DNA from: an uncultured beta proteobacterium
GTDB taxonomy: Bacteria > Pseudomonadota > Gammaproteobacteria > Burkholderiales > SG8-39
Assembly (NCBI GenBank): GCA_963743805.1
Contig: CAVUQY010000003.1
Location: 234,131 to 298,130, forward strand
Direction of reading: 5' to 3'
Length of the DNA stretch: 64,000 nucleotides
A model generated the notes under the pieces. That model was not told the DNA's origin and did no database searches. It saw nothing but the letters and a program-made list of their open reading frames with translations. Position 1 is the first letter of the stretch. Every line of letters starts with the position of its first letter. Below, one piece after another: positions 1 through 9,814 of the stretch. A program made the position numbers and the translations under genes.

Positions 1-269
1 AGGTCACGCAGGTGGTGTACGAGATCCGCAACACGCTCGACCGGCCGGTAACCGGCCAGGCGATCCCGAGCTACGGGCCGCAGCGCGCGGCCCAGTACCT
101 GAAGAAGCTCGAGTGCTTCTGCTTCCAGAGCCAGACGCTCGCGCCGGGCGAGGTGCGCCGCCTGCCGGTCGTATTCGTGATCGACCCGGCGCTGCCGGCC
201 GACGTCGGAACGGTGACCTTGTCGTACACGTTCTTCGAGGTGGCTGGCCGGGAGGGAAGTCCGGGCTGA
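1..269 (+). CDS. ctaG: cytochrome c oxidase assembly protein CtaG/Cox11 (C-terminal part, 5' end outside window)
   Basis: ORF 12..269 translation shows the conserved Cox11 C-terminal motifs (ECFCF...VIDP); the frame is open back to the window start; it sits upstream of coxC. Confidence 0.8.
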   Translation, partial: VTQVVYEIRNTLDRPVTGQAIPSYGPQRAAQYLKKLECFCFQSQTLAPGEVRRLPVVFVIDPALPADVGTVTLSYTFFEVAGREGSPG

Positions 270-484
270 TGAGCGCAGAGGGCGAGCGGAAGAAGGCCGC
301 CCCGCTCGCGGTGGCGAGGATGGTGATTGCGTCGTTCTTCGGCGTGCGGCGGCGTGCCGATCACGAGGCGGCGATGGCGCATGTGACGCCGGTTCAACTG
401 ATTGTCGCGGGCGTCCTCGGCGCCGCGATTTTCGTGGTGTGTCTGGTTCTGCTGGTGAAGTTCATCGTCAGCCGGGCCGTTTGA
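269..484 (+). CDS. DUF2970 small membrane protein
   Basis: ATG at 269 overlaps the ctaG stop (TGATG); 71 aa with a C-terminal transmembrane helix; this is the conserved position between ctaG and coxC in betaproteobacterial cox clusters. Confidence 0.6.
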   Translation: MSAEGERKKAAPLAVARMVIASFFGVRRRADHEAAMAHVTPVQLIVAGVLGAAIFVVCLVLLVKFIVSRAV

Positions 485-503
485 GGACGAAAAAAGGGGA
501 GAG

Positions 504-1361
504 ATGATGGCCCAGGCGCATACCCAACCTTGGTATTACCTGCCGGAGCCCACGCGCTGGCCGGTCATCGGCTCGTCCGCGCTGTTCCTGATGGCGACCG
601 GGACGGTGCTCTGGATCAACGGCGCTTCGGCGGGGCCCTGGGTGGTGCTCGCCGGCGCGCTGGTGCTCGCGTACATGCTGTTCGGCTGGTTCGGGCAGGT
701 CATCGGCGAATCCGAAGGCGGGCTGTACTCGAAGCGCGTCGACATCTCGTTCCGCTGGGGAATGAGCTGGTTCATCTTCTCCGAGGTGATGTTCTTCGCG
801 GCCTTCTTCGGCGCGCTGTTCTACGCCCGGGTGCTCTCCGTGCCGTGGCTCGGCGAGATCGACCAGAAGCTGCTCTGGCCGGACTTCCAGGCAGTGTGGC
901 CGACCGCGGGCCCCGGCATCACGGAGCACTTCTCGACCATGGGCGCGTGGGGCATCCCGGCGCTGAACACTGCGCTGCTGCTGTCCTCCGGCGTCACGGT
1001 GACGTGGGCGCACTGGGCGCTGAAGGAGAACAAGCGCGGCCAGCTCATCCTCGGGATGATCGCCACCATCGCGCTCGGTGCGATCTTCCTCGGCTTCCAG
1101 GCCTACGAGTACGTCCACGCCTACACCGAGCTGAACCTGAAGCTCTCGACCGGTATCTATGGATCGACCTTCTTCATGCTGACCGGCTTTCACGGCTTTC
1201 ACGTGACGCTGGGCGTGATCATGCTGACCGTGATCCTGTTCCGCTGCATCGCGGGCCACTTCCGGCCGGATCACCACTTCGCGTTCGAGGCGGTGTCGTG
1301 GTACTGGCACTTCGTCGACGTGGTCTGGCTCCTGCTGTTCGTGCTGGTCTACTGGCTCTGA
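504..1361 (+). CDS. coxC: cytochrome c oxidase subunit III
   Basis: 285 aa multi-TM protein with the typical Cox3 sequence (MMAQAHTQPWYYLPEP...HFVDVVWLLLFV). Confidence 0.92.
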   Translation: MMAQAHTQPWYYLPEPTRWPVIGSSALFLMATGTVLWINGASAGPWVVLAGALVLAYMLFGWFGQVIGESEGGLYSKRVDISFRWGMSWFIFSEVMFFAAFFGALFYARVLSVPWLGEIDQKLLWPDFQAVWPTAGPGITEHFSTMGAWGIPALNTALLLSSGVTVTWAHWALKENKRGQLILGMIATIALGAIFLGFQAYEYVHAYTELNLKLSTGIYGSTFFMLTGFHGFHVTLGVIMLTVILFRCIAGHFRPDHHFAFEAVSWYWHFVDVVWLLLFVLVYWL

Positions 1362-1537
1362 TCGGTACCGCCAAGTACGCGCCGGAGGCGGACGCATTCG
1401 CGAATAACGAGGAGGAGGAAGGAGTCTCCGCGAGGGGATCTCCGTTGGAGCGCCGCACGCTGTGCGGCGTCTTTTTTTCCGGCCGACAGCGGCGCCGGCC
1501 GGATGGCCCGGCCGGCGCGCGCGATCGCAGAATCAAG

Positions 1538-1741
1538 CTACTGGCCGACGCCGTGCGGCTTGATCAGTCCGAAGTAGTAGCCGGCGAGCAGCAGCAGAAA
1601 TAGCGCGAGCGACAGCGCGACTCGCACGGTGAGGGCCTTCACCGTGCGCTTCGAGCGGCCCTGGTCGCGGACCAGGAAGAACAGCCCGGAGAACAGGCTG
1701 GCGAGAATCAGGACGACAAAGGCGAGGACGACGTAGCGCAC
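1538..1741 (-). CDS. twin transmembrane helix small protein (DUF2909/HIG1-like)
   Basis: C-terminal 67 aa of ORF 1538..2098 forms two TM helices (VRYVVLAFVVLILASLF...LFLLLLAGYYFGLIKP); probable GTG start at 1741; conserved neighbour of surf1. Confidence 0.55.
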   Translation of the reverse strand: MRYVVLAFVVLILASLFSGLFFLVRDQGRSKRTVKALTVRVALSLALFLLLLAGYYFGLIKPHGVGQ

Positions 1742-1742
1742 G

Positions 1743-2543
1743 GTGGCGGGTAACCTGAAAGGCCGAGGCAGTCTACCGGAAGCGGAAGCGGAAGCGCAGC
1801 ATGCAGGCTTGGGAGAGGCGCAAGTGACGCGGCCCGGGGCGCGGTTCCGCGTGCGGCCGGTCTGGCTGGTCGCGGCCGCGGCGGGGTGCGTGCTCTTCGT
1901 GGCGCTCGGCAACTGGCAGTCACGCCGTGCCGAAGAGAAGATCGCGGCGCAGCGACGCATCGACGCGCTGGCGACGGCGGCGCCGGCGCGGCTTCCGGCT
2001 ACGCTCGTCGCCGCAAGCGAATACGTCGGCCGACGGGTGACAGTGCGCGGCGAATACGATTCGAGGCATTCGGTGTTCATCGACAACCGCGTCCACAAGG
2101 GCGTCGCGGGCTACCACGTCGTCACGCCCTTCCGGATCGAAGGGACCGATCTGCACGTGCTGGTGAACCGCGGCTGGGTCGCCGCCGGGCCGCGTCGCGA
2201 CCGTCTGCCCGAGGTCGCTGCCGCGCCGGGGTCCCAGACCATTGAGGGGCTCGCGCTGGTGCCGGGCGGGCGGGTCTACGAGCTGGCGCCGGATGTGGCG
2301 CCCGGCCCGGTGCGCCAGCAGCTCGCCATCGAGCGCGTCGGCGCCGAGACGGGGCTCCGACTGCAACCGCTGGTCGTGCAGCTCACGAGCGACGCGAAGG
2401 ACGGGCTCGTGCGCGCTTGGGAGCGACCGGATGCGGGAGTGAATACCCATCGCGCGTATGCGCTGCAATGGTACGCGCTCGCGTTCCTGACCGCGATCAT
2501 CTATGTCGTTCTGGGTTTCAGGCGTGTCGCTGCCACCGGCTGA
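1743..2543 (+). CDS. surf1: SURF1 family cytochrome oxidase assembly protein (true start may be GTG ~1824)
   Basis: N-terminal TM helix followed by GNWQ...R motif, and a C-terminal TM helix (AYALQWYALAFLTAIIYVVLG). Confidence 0.85.
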   Translation: MAGNLKGRGSLPEAEAEAQHAGLGEAQVTRPGARFRVRPVWLVAAAAGCVLFVALGNWQSRRAEEKIAAQRRIDALATAAPARLPATLVAASEYVGRRVTVRGEYDSRHSVFIDNRVHKGVAGYHVVTPFRIEGTDLHVLVNRGWVAAGPRRDRLPEVAAAPGSQTIEGLALVPGGRVYELAPDVAPGPVRQQLAIERVGAETGLRLQPLVVQLTSDAKDGLVRAWERPDAGVNTHRAYALQWYALAFLTAIIYVVLGFRRVAATG

Positions 2544-3114
2544 GTCCAAGGCGCGCGCGAGCCGCTGGCCGCTGATCTGGATCGCGGTGGTCGCATTCGC
2601 GCCGTTCGTGCTGGCCTACCTGGCGTTCTACTTCTGGGCGCCCGAAGGGCGCATGAACTACGGCGAGCTGATCGAGCCCGCGCGGCCGCTGCCCGACGAC
2701 CCGCTCGCGCTCGCCGATGGTCAACCGTTCCGTCTGGGCGCCCTGCGCGGGAAATGGGTGCTGCTGTTGGCGGCCCCCGGCGCGTGCGACGAGTCGTGCC
2801 AGCGCGCGCTCTATCACATGCGGCAGGTGCGACGCGCGCAGGGCAAGAACATGGAGCGCATCGAGCGCGTATGGCTCGTCACCGACGACGCGCCGCTCGA
2901 TCCGGCGCTGGCCCGCGCTTTGGAGGACATGTATTTCGTCCGCGCGGCGGGGAGCACGGTCCTGCGCGAGCCCGCGCTCGCCGGCGACCGGTCCGGACAC
3001 ATCTACCTCGTCGACCCGCTGGGCAACCTCATGCTCCGCTTTCCGCGCGACGCCGATCCGACCCGGATCCTCCGCGACGTCAGCCGTCTCCTGAAGGTCT
3101 CGCGCATCGGCTAG
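2503..3114 (+). CDS. membrane-anchored thioredoxin-fold protein with CxxxC motif (SCO-like paralog), hypothetical
   Basis: 203 aa; N-terminal TM helix, then GKWVLLLAAPGACDESC, which resembles the SCO1 GK..F.F..CPDVCP motif; located between surf1 and ctaB. Confidence 0.55.
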   Translation: MSFWVSGVSLPPAESKARASRWPLIWIAVVAFAPFVLAYLAFYFWAPEGRMNYGELIEPARPLPDDPLALADGQPFRLGALRGKWVLLLAAPGACDESCQRALYHMRQVRRAQGKNMERIERVWLVTDDAPLDPALARALEDMYFVRAAGSTVLREPALAGDRSGHIYLVDPLGNLMLRFPRDADPTRILRDVSRLLKVSRIG

Positions 3115-3235
3115 GAAATGTCTGGACAAGAGGGAAAGCCCTTTTCTTTGCCCTCTATGTCAGGGATTACGGCGCCGCCGGCAGCGATGCGCCGCATGCT
3201 AGAATCCTCGCGCCTTTCCGGCACCTCTCTTCCCG

Positions 3236-4129
3236 ATGCAGCTCGCTCGTCCGCTTACCGTCGTTCGCCTCCGTCAGTTCTACGAGCTGACCAAGCCGCG
3301 CGTCGTCTCGCTGATCGTGTTCTGCGCGGTCATCGGCATGCTCCTCGCGGTGCCGGCGGGAAGCTGGATTCCGCTGCACATCCTCCTCGGCGCCACCATC
3401 GGCATCGCGCTCGTGGCGGGCGCCGCCGCTGCGGTGAACTGCCTGGTCGAACAGCGCCTTGACGCGCTGATGGCGCGGACGCGCGCGCGGCCACTGCCGC
3501 GCGGCGAGCTGACCTCGGCCGAGACCCTGGTGTTCGCAGGTGTGGTCGGCGGCATCGGTCTGTGGCTGCTCTACGCCGTGGTCAATCCGCTCACGATGTG
3601 GCTCACGCTCGGCACTTTCGTGGGCTACGCCATCATCTACACCGTCGTGCTGAAGCCGCTCACGCCGCAGAACATCGTCATCGGCGGCGCCTCGGGTGCG
3701 ATGCCGCCGGTGCTCGGCTGGGCGGCAGTGACCGGGCAGATCGCGCCGGAGGCGCTGCTGCTGTTCCTGATCATCTTCGCATGGACGCCGCCGCACTTCT
3801 GGTCGCTGGCGCTGTATCGCGCCGACGAATACGCGCGCGCCGGTCTGCCGATGCTGCCGGTGACGCACGGGCGCAAGTACACGCAGCTGCACGTCCTGCT
3901 CTACACGCTCATACTCGCGGCTTGCAGCCTGCTGCCGTTCGTGATCGGCATGAGTGGTTGGCTCTACCTCGCCGCCGCGGCCGTGCTCGGCGGCATCTTC
4001 CTCGTGTACGCAGTGCGTATCTATGTCGACTACAGTGATGCTCTCGCCCGGCGCACCTTCCGCTATTCGATCGTCTACCTTGCCGCGCTCTTCGCCGCGC
4101 TTCTCGCCGATCACTACCTGCCTCGGTAG
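3236..4129 (+). CDS. ctaB: protoheme IX farnesyltransferase (heme O synthase)
   Basis: 297 aa UbiA-family polytopic protein; ELTKPRV and [10 protein letters not shown] motifs. Confidence 0.92.
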   Translation: MQLARPLTVVRLRQFYELTKPRVVSLIVFCAVIGMLLAVPAGSWIPLHILLGATIGIALVAGAAAAVNCLVEQRLDALMARTRARPLPRGELTSAETLVFAGVVGGIGLWLLYAVVNPLTMWLTLGTFVGYAIIYTVVLKPLTPQNIVIGGASGAMPPVLGWAAVTGQIAPEALLLFLIIFAWTPPHFWSLALYRADEYARAGLPMLPVTHGRKYTQLHVLLYTLILAACSLLPFVIGMSGWLYLAAAAVLGGIFLVYAVRIYVDYSDALARRTFRYSIVYLAALFAALLADHYLPR

Positions 4130-4700
4130 GTTCGCGGCGATCGCGGCGGCGCTGCTGATCGCGGCCTGCGCACCCGAGAAGCCGTCGTTCAAGAGCGTCG
4201 ACGTCACCGGCGCCGAGTTCGGACGGGAATTCGCGCTCACCGACCACACCGGCAAGCCGCGCACCCTCGCCGACTTCAAAGGCAAGGTGGTCGCGGTCTT
4301 CTTCGGCTTCACGCGCTGCCCGGACGTCTGCCCGACGACGCTTGCGGAGATGAAGCTCGTGAAGGATCGCCTCGGTGCTGACGGCGACAAGCTCCAGGTG
4401 CTGTTCGTGACGATCGACCCGGAGCGCGACACGCCCGAGCTGCTCGCGAAGTACGTCCCGGCGTTCGACCCGAGCTTCCTCGGGCTCTACGGCAATGCGG
4501 AGGCGACGGCGAAGACGGCGAAGGAGTTCAAGGTCTTCTACCAGAAGGCGCCCGGGTCGAGTCCCGACAACTACTCGATGGACCACACGGCGGCCACCTT
4601 CATCTACGACCCCCAGGGGCGCTTGCGCCTGTTCGCAAAGCACGCCATGGGCGCGGACGCCCTCGTGCAGGACATCAAACAGCTGCTCGCGGCGCGCTGA
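4123..4700 (+). CDS. sco1: SCO1/SenC copper chaperone lipoprotein (start uncertain; overlaps the ctaB end)
   Basis: Lipobox LLIAAC, then the [14 protein letters not shown] CxxxC motif and a conserved H ([15 protein letters not shown]). Confidence 0.85.
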
Positions 4701-4814
4701 CGGGCGCGACGCGACAGTCGCAGACCTGCTCAAGCCTCGAGCGGTCAACGCGAGCCGTTCGAGGGATCGCCGCCAACCCTGCCACCGGGATGGCGCGCGC
4801 GCCAGACGTGAAAA

Positions 4815-4834
4815 CGCCCGGCGGGCACCGGGCG
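4815..4834 (-). terminator. rho-independent terminator downstream of rpoH
   Basis: On the minus strand CGCCCGG-tgcccg-CCGGGCG hairpin followed by TTTTCAC, 40 nt after the rpoH stop. Confidence 0.6.
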
Positions 4835-4872
4835 TCAAGGTCAAGCGTCAAGCGTCAAGCGGGTTCGGGCGG

Positions 4873-5721
4873 TCAGCGGGCGTCGATGAGGTGCCGCATT
4901 CGCTGCATCGCCTTGGCCTCGACCTGGCGGATGCGTTCTGCCGAGACGTTGAACTCGGCCGCGAGCTCGTGCAGCGTCGCGGGGTCCTTCTCGCGCAGCC
5001 AGCGTGCCTCGATGATGCGGCGGCTGCGCGGATCCAGGCTGGCGAGCGCGGTCGCGAGGCCCTCGGCGCGCAGCCGCGAGCCCTCCTCGTCTTCGAGCAC
5101 CTTCGACGGCTCGTCTTGCGGGTCGGCGAGGTAGGCGATCGGCGCATACGACTCGTCGTCGTCGCCGGCCGGCTCGAGCGCGACCTCCTGTCCGGACAGG
5201 CGCATCTCCATCTCGGCGACTTCTTCGGGCTTCACCCGCAGGGCGCCGGCGATGTTGCGGATCTCGTCCGGCGTGAGGGGCTCCAGGCCGGGCTTCATGC
5301 TGCGCAGGTTGAAGAAGAGCTTGCGCTGCGCCTTGGTCGTGGCGATGCGGACGAGCCGCCAGTTGCGCAGGATGAACTCGTGCATCTCGGCCTTGATCCA
5401 GTGGATCGCGAACGAGACGAGGCGCACGCCGCGCTCCGGGTCGAAGCGCTTGACCGCCTTCATCAGGCCGATGTTGCCTTCCTGGATCAGGTCGGCGTGC
5501 GGGAGTCCGTAGCCGAGATAGCCGCGCGCGATCGCCACCACCACGCGCAGGTGCGAGAGCACCAGCTGTCCGGCCGCGTCGAGGTCGTTGTCGGCCCGGA
5601 ACTTCCGCGCGAGTTGCGATTCCTGATCGGCCGTGAGAAGCGGAAAACGATTCACTGCCTGGATGTAGTGATCCAGGCTGCCCGCTGCCGAAGGGACCGG
5701 AAACGCCAAGATGCTGCTCAT
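4873..5721 (-). CDS. rpoH: RNA polymerase sigma-32 factor RpoH
   Basis: RpoH box QRKLFFNLR, and sigma region 2/4 motifs; start chosen at MSSILAF because of the AGGAGG RBS 11 nt upstream. Confidence 0.93.
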   Translation of the reverse strand: MSSILAFPVPSAAGSLDHYIQAVNRFPLLTADQESQLARKFRADNDLDAAGQLVLSHLRVVVAIARGYLGYGLPHADLIQEGNIGLMKAVKRFDPERGVRLVSFAIHWIKAEMHEFILRNWRLVRIATTKAQRKLFFNLRSMKPGLEPLTPDEIRNIAGALRVKPEEVAEMEMRLSGQEVALEPAGDDDESYAPIAYLADPQDEPSKVLEDEEGSRLRAEGLATALASLDPRSRRIIEARWLREKDPATLHELAAEFNVSAERIRQVEAKAMQRMRHLIDAR

Positions 5722-5747
5722 ATTCGCTTCAACCTCCTGCCCAAATT

Positions 5748-5774
5748 TTAGCACTCGCGCAATTGGAGTGCTAA
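5748..5774. promoter_or_regulatory. CIRCE element (HrcA operator) TTAGCACTC-N9-GAGTGCTAA in the rpoH leader
   Basis: Exact 9-9-9 match to the CIRCE consensus, placed between the rpoH RBS and the ftsX stop. Confidence 0.8.
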
Positions 5775-5833
5775 TTGTCCGAGAAGTTCACTCGGGCTTT
5801 AGCCGACGACCTCAACGCACCTCCAAGGAACCG

Positions 5834-6736
5834 CTAACCTGGCTCGATTACAGATAAGTGTCTACTCACTGACAACCAGGCGCCGCACCAGCCCAAACCG
5901 CTGGAGAACGCCAGCACCGCGGCCAGATCGCCGAGCCCGGGGAGCTCCAGGCGAAAGTCCGACCCATAGGTCGCGGCCAGCCGACCGACCTCGCCATTCA
6001 GGATGCCCACGCTCCCGGCCACCAGCGCGAGCGCGGCCAGGCCGCCCATCAGGCCGACCAGCGTGCCCTGGTAGAAGAACGGTCGGCGGACGTAGGCATC
6101 CGTCGCGCCGATCAGCTTGCTCACCTCGATCTCGTCGCGCTGCGTCAGGATCTGCAGGCGAACGGTGTTGAAGGTCACCGCGACCAGGCCCAGCGCAAGC
6201 AGTCCGGTCAACAGGCCCGCTGCCACGCCGCCCAGACGCAGCATCGCCTCGAGCCGCTTGATCCACGCCGCGTCGAGCTGGACGTGGGCCACTTTCGGGA
6301 CGGCGCGCAGTTCCGCCGCGAGGCGCTCGGCGGCTGCCGCATCGCCGGGGACCAGCGCGACGATGAACGCGTCGGGCAGCGGGTTCGAGCCCAGCGACCC
6401 GGCGAGTTCGGCGAGCCCCTGGGCGCGCTTCATCTCGGCGAGCGCCTCGTCCTTGGACACGAACCGGAACGACCGGACACCCGGCGCGCTCTTCAGCGCC
6501 GCTTCAACGCGCGCGCCGTCGGCGCGGGTCGCGTCGGTCGCCAGGAACACCGAAAGTTGCGGGTCCGCACCCAGGTGGCCTGCGAGCCGCTCCATGTTCA
6601 CGACCAGCACCCATGCGCCGAGCGGCAGGGCGAGGGTCACGCCGATCACCAGCGCATTCAGCGCGAACGCGAACGGCGTGCGCGCAAGCCGCCGTACGGT
6701 CGCACCGAGGCTGTGCGCATGATGTCGCACCCACGC
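5834..6736 (-). CDS. ftsX: cell division ABC transporter permease FtsX (start approximate)
   Basis: C-terminal ~300 aa of ORF 5834..7099 has the FtsX fold (periplasmic loop plus 4 TM helices; ...TFNTVRLQILTQRDEIEV...); conserved position after ftsE. Confidence 0.85.
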   Translation of the reverse strand, partial: AWVRHHAHSLGATVRRLARTPFAFALNALVIGVTLALPLGAWVLVVNMERLAGHLGADPQLSVFLATDATRADGARVEAALKSAPGVRSFRFVSKDEALAEMKRAQGLAELAGSLGSNPLPDAFIVALVPGDAAAAERLAAELRAVPKVAHVQLDAAWIKRLEAMLRLGGVAAGLLTGLLALGLVAVTFNTVRLQILTQRDEIEVSKLIGATDAYVRRPFFYQGTLVGLMGGLAALALVAGSVGILNGEVGRLAATYGSDFRLELPGLGDLAAVLAFSSGLGWCGAWLSVSRHLSVIEPG

Positions 6737-6738
6737 TC

Positions 6739-7428
6739 TCACGCGCCGGCCGCTTCCTGAGGGGCGTCGATCACGCGGCCGTGACTGAGGTGGATCACGC
6801 GGGTGGCGAAGCGCTCGACGAGCGCCGCGTCGTGGGTGGCGACGACGACGGTGACGCCAACCTGGTGGAACGCCTTGAAGATCGCCATCACTTCGGCGGC
6901 CGCGTCGGGGTCGAGGTTCGACGTCGGCTCGTCGGCGAGCACGATCGACGGCCGGTTTGCGACCGCGCGCGCGATGCACAGACGCTGCTGCTCGCCGCCG
7001 GAGAGCGCGATCGGCCGCGACTTCTCGCGACCCGCGAGCCCGACCTTGTCCAGCGCGGCGCGCGCCCGCCGGGCCGCCTCGGCGGGGGCGCTCCCGCACA
7101 CGACGAGCGGCAGCATCACGTTCTCGATGACGCTGCGATCGTGCAGGAGCTTCTGATCCTGGAAAACAAGGCCCAGATTGCGGCGCAGGAACGGGATCGC
7201 CCCGCGCCGAAGCGCGCCGACGTTCTGACCGTTCACCACGACCGATCCGGCGGTGGGACGCTCGACCACGGGAACGAGCTTGAGCGCGGTCGTCTTGCCC
7301 GCGCCCGAGTGTCCGGTTACGCAGGCAAAGTCGCCCGCATCGACCACGAAGCTCGCGTCGCGCAGCGCCTCGAAGCCTTCCGGGTAGCGCTTCGAGACGT
7401 GGCTGAACGCGATTGCGGGGCTCGCCAG
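6739..7428 (-). CDS. ftsE: cell division ATP-binding protein FtsE (start approximate)
   Basis: Walker [10 protein letters not shown], signature LSGGEQQR, Walker B IVLADEPT. Confidence 0.88.
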   Translation of the reverse strand: MASPAIAFSHVSKRYPEGFEALRDASFVVDAGDFACVTGHSGAGKTTALKLVPVVERPTAGSVVVNGQNVGALRRGAIPFLRRNLGLVFQDQKLLHDRSVIENVMLPLVVCGSAPAEAARRARAALDKVGLAGREKSRPIALSGGEQQRLCIARAVANRPSIVLADEPTSNLDPDAAAEVMAIFKAFHQVGVTVVVATHDAALVERFATRVIHLSHGRVIDAPQEAAGA

Positions 7429-7438
7429 CGCCGGGTCC

Positions 7439-8374
7439 TCAGTCGAGCAGCGCCGCGGCGAAGTCGCGCGCGACGAACGGCTGCAGGTCGTCGATCCCCT
7501 CGCCCACGCCGATGAACGCCAGGGGGACGGGACGGGTCTTCGCAATCGCCGCGACCACGCCGCCTTTCGCCGTCCCGTCGAGCTTGGTCAGGACGAGGCC
7601 GGTGAGCGCGAGCGCCTCGTCGAACGCCTTCACCTGCGCGAGCGCGTTCTGCCCGGTGTTCGCGTCGAGCACGAGCAGCACCGCGTGAGGCGCGGTCGGG
7701 TCGGCCTTGGTGATGACGCGCCGGATCTTCTTCAGCTCTTCCATGAGGTGGAGCTGGGTGGGGAGCCGGCCCGCGGTGTCGGCGATGACCACGTCGACCC
7801 CGCGCGCCCGGGCGGCGGCGATCGCATCGAAGATCACCGCGGCGGGATCGCCGCCCGCCTGGGCGACGACGTCGACGCGATTGCGCTCTCCCCAGGCGAG
7901 AAGCTGCTCGCGCGCCGCGGCGCGAAAGGTGTCGCCCGCGGCGAGCAGCACCGAGAGACCGTTGCCCTGGAGCCACTTCGCCAGCTTGCCGATGGACGTG
8001 GTCTTTCCGGCACCATTCACGCCCGCGATCATGATGACGAACGGCTTTTGCGCGGTCGCGTCGAATGCCCGCTCGAGCGGCGCGATGAGGGCCGCAATCT
8101 CGTCGACGAGCGCGGCCTTGAGCGCCTGAGGGTCTTCCAGGCGGTCGCGGCGCGCGCGCGCGCGCAGTCGTTCGAGGAGGTGCTGCGTCGCTTCGAGCCC
8201 GGCGTCGGCGGAGATGAGGACCGTTTCGAGTTCCTCGAAGAGCGCCTCGTCGACGCGGGTTCCGCCGAAGACGCCGGCGAGCTGCGACCCGGTCTTCTTC
8301 AGGCCCTGGCGGAGACGGGCGAACCACGAGGCCTCGCGGGCAGCGTCGTCGGGTTTCTTGCGGAAGGAGAACAC
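7439..8374 (-). CDS. ftsY: signal recognition particle receptor FtsY
   Basis: 311 aa; SRP-GTPase NG domain with GVNGAGKTT, DTAGR and TKLD motifs. Confidence 0.93.
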   Translation of the reverse strand: MFSFRKKPDDAAREASWFARLRQGLKKTGSQLAGVFGGTRVDEALFEELETVLISADAGLEATQHLLERLRARARRDRLEDPQALKAALVDEIAALIAPLERAFDATAQKPFVIMIAGVNGAGKTTSIGKLAKWLQGNGLSVLLAAGDTFRAAAREQLLAWGERNRVDVVAQAGGDPAAVIFDAIAAARARGVDVVIADTAGRLPTQLHLMEELKKIRRVITKADPTAPHAVLLVLDANTGQNALAQVKAFDEALALTGLVLTKLDGTAKGGVVAAIAKTRPVPLAFIGVGEGIDDLQPFVARDFAAALLD

Positions 8375-8443
8375 GGGGCGCCGGCGCGGTGGGCCGCAAA
8401 GACAGGGCTAAGATCTGCGGCGGATTCTAGCAGAGCGCCCCTA

Positions 8444-9040
8444 GTGAGCCCCCGCACCCGCACGCCTCGCACGCCGCCCTCGCGCCCCGGCCGCGTGCGC
8501 ATCATCGCCGGCGTGTGGCGCAGCCGGATCGTCACCTTCCCCGACGGAATCCGGTCTGCGGCCCACGCCCGATCGCGTGCGCGAGACGTTGTTCAACTGG
8601 CTTGGCCAGGATCTCGCCGGCAAGCGGTGCCTCGACCTCTTCGCCGGTTCCGGCGCCCTCGGGTTCGAGGCGCTCTCGCGCGGCGCTTCCGAAGTCGTCA
8701 TGGTCGAGAGTTCGCGCACCGTCGCGGCGGCGCTGCGCGAGAGCGCGGCGCGCCTCGACGCGCGCGGGTTCCGGCTCGTTGTCGGTGATGCGCTACACTT
8801 CCTCGCCACGCCGGGGGAGGCCCGGTTCGACATCGTGTTCGTCGATCCGCCCTACGGGAGCGGTCTGGTCGCCGCGGTCCTGCCGCGGCTGCCCGAGGTG
8901 CTCGCACGAGGCGCGAACGTCTACGTCGAGAGCGATCAGGCGGTCGAGGTGGACCGGCCCTGGCGCGTGCGCAAGCAGGGCCGCGCCGGCGCGGTGCACT
9001 ATCACCTCCTGGAGATGGGAGACCATGGCGATCAAGGCTG
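8444..9040 (+). pseudogene. rsmD: 16S rRNA (guanine966-N2)-methyltransferase RsmD, with an apparent +1/-1 frameshift near 8545
   Basis: N-terminus ([17 protein letters not shown]) is in frame 2 and the rest ([16 protein letters not shown]...DPPY) is in frame 3. Confidence 0.7.
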
Positions 9041-9516
9041 TCTACCCGGGGACGTTTGATCCGCTCACGCGCGGACACGAGGACCTCGTGCGGCGCGCGG
9101 CGGCGCTGTTCGGCAACCTGGTCGTCGGGATTGCCGACAGCCGGCTCAAGCGCCCGTTCTTCTCGGCCGACGAGCGGGTGCAGATGGCGCGCGAAGTCCT
9201 TTCCGCCTATCCAGGCGTGACCGTGCTCAGCTTCAGCGGCCTCCTGCGCGACTTCGTGCTCAGCCAGAAGGCGCGGGTGATCGTGCGCGGCCTGCGCGCG
9301 GTCTCGGATTTCGAGTACGAGTTCCAGATGGCGGGAATGAACCGCAGCCTCATCCCCGACGTCGAGACGGTGTTCCTGACGCCCGACGAGAACTACCAGT
9401 TCATCTCCGCGACGATCGTGCGGGAGATCGCGGTGCTCGGCGGCGACGCCTCGAAGTTCGTCCACCCGATCGTCAACGAGCGCCTGCGCGCCAAGGTGAC
9501 GCAGCTCGGCGGCTAG
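9025..9516 (+). CDS. coaD: phosphopantetheine adenylyltransferase
   Basis: [21 protein letters not shown], the classic CoaD N-terminus; 163 aa. Confidence 0.93.
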   Translation: MAIKAVYPGTFDPLTRGHEDLVRRAAALFGNLVVGIADSRLKRPFFSADERVQMAREVLSAYPGVTVLSFSGLLRDFVLSQKARVIVRGLRAVSDFEYEFQMAGMNRSLIPDVETVFLTPDENYQFISATIVREIAVLGGDASKFVHPIVNERLRAKVTQLGG

Positions 9517-9801
<285 letters not shown>

Positions 9802-9814
9802 CGCCGCGCCCCGC

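Noticed and set aside
4835-4860. CRISPR-like repeats
   Set aside because: There are only 3-4 copies of a 7-nt unit with no spacers. No other short direct-repeat arrays with spacers were seen anywhere in the window, so there is no CRISPR array.
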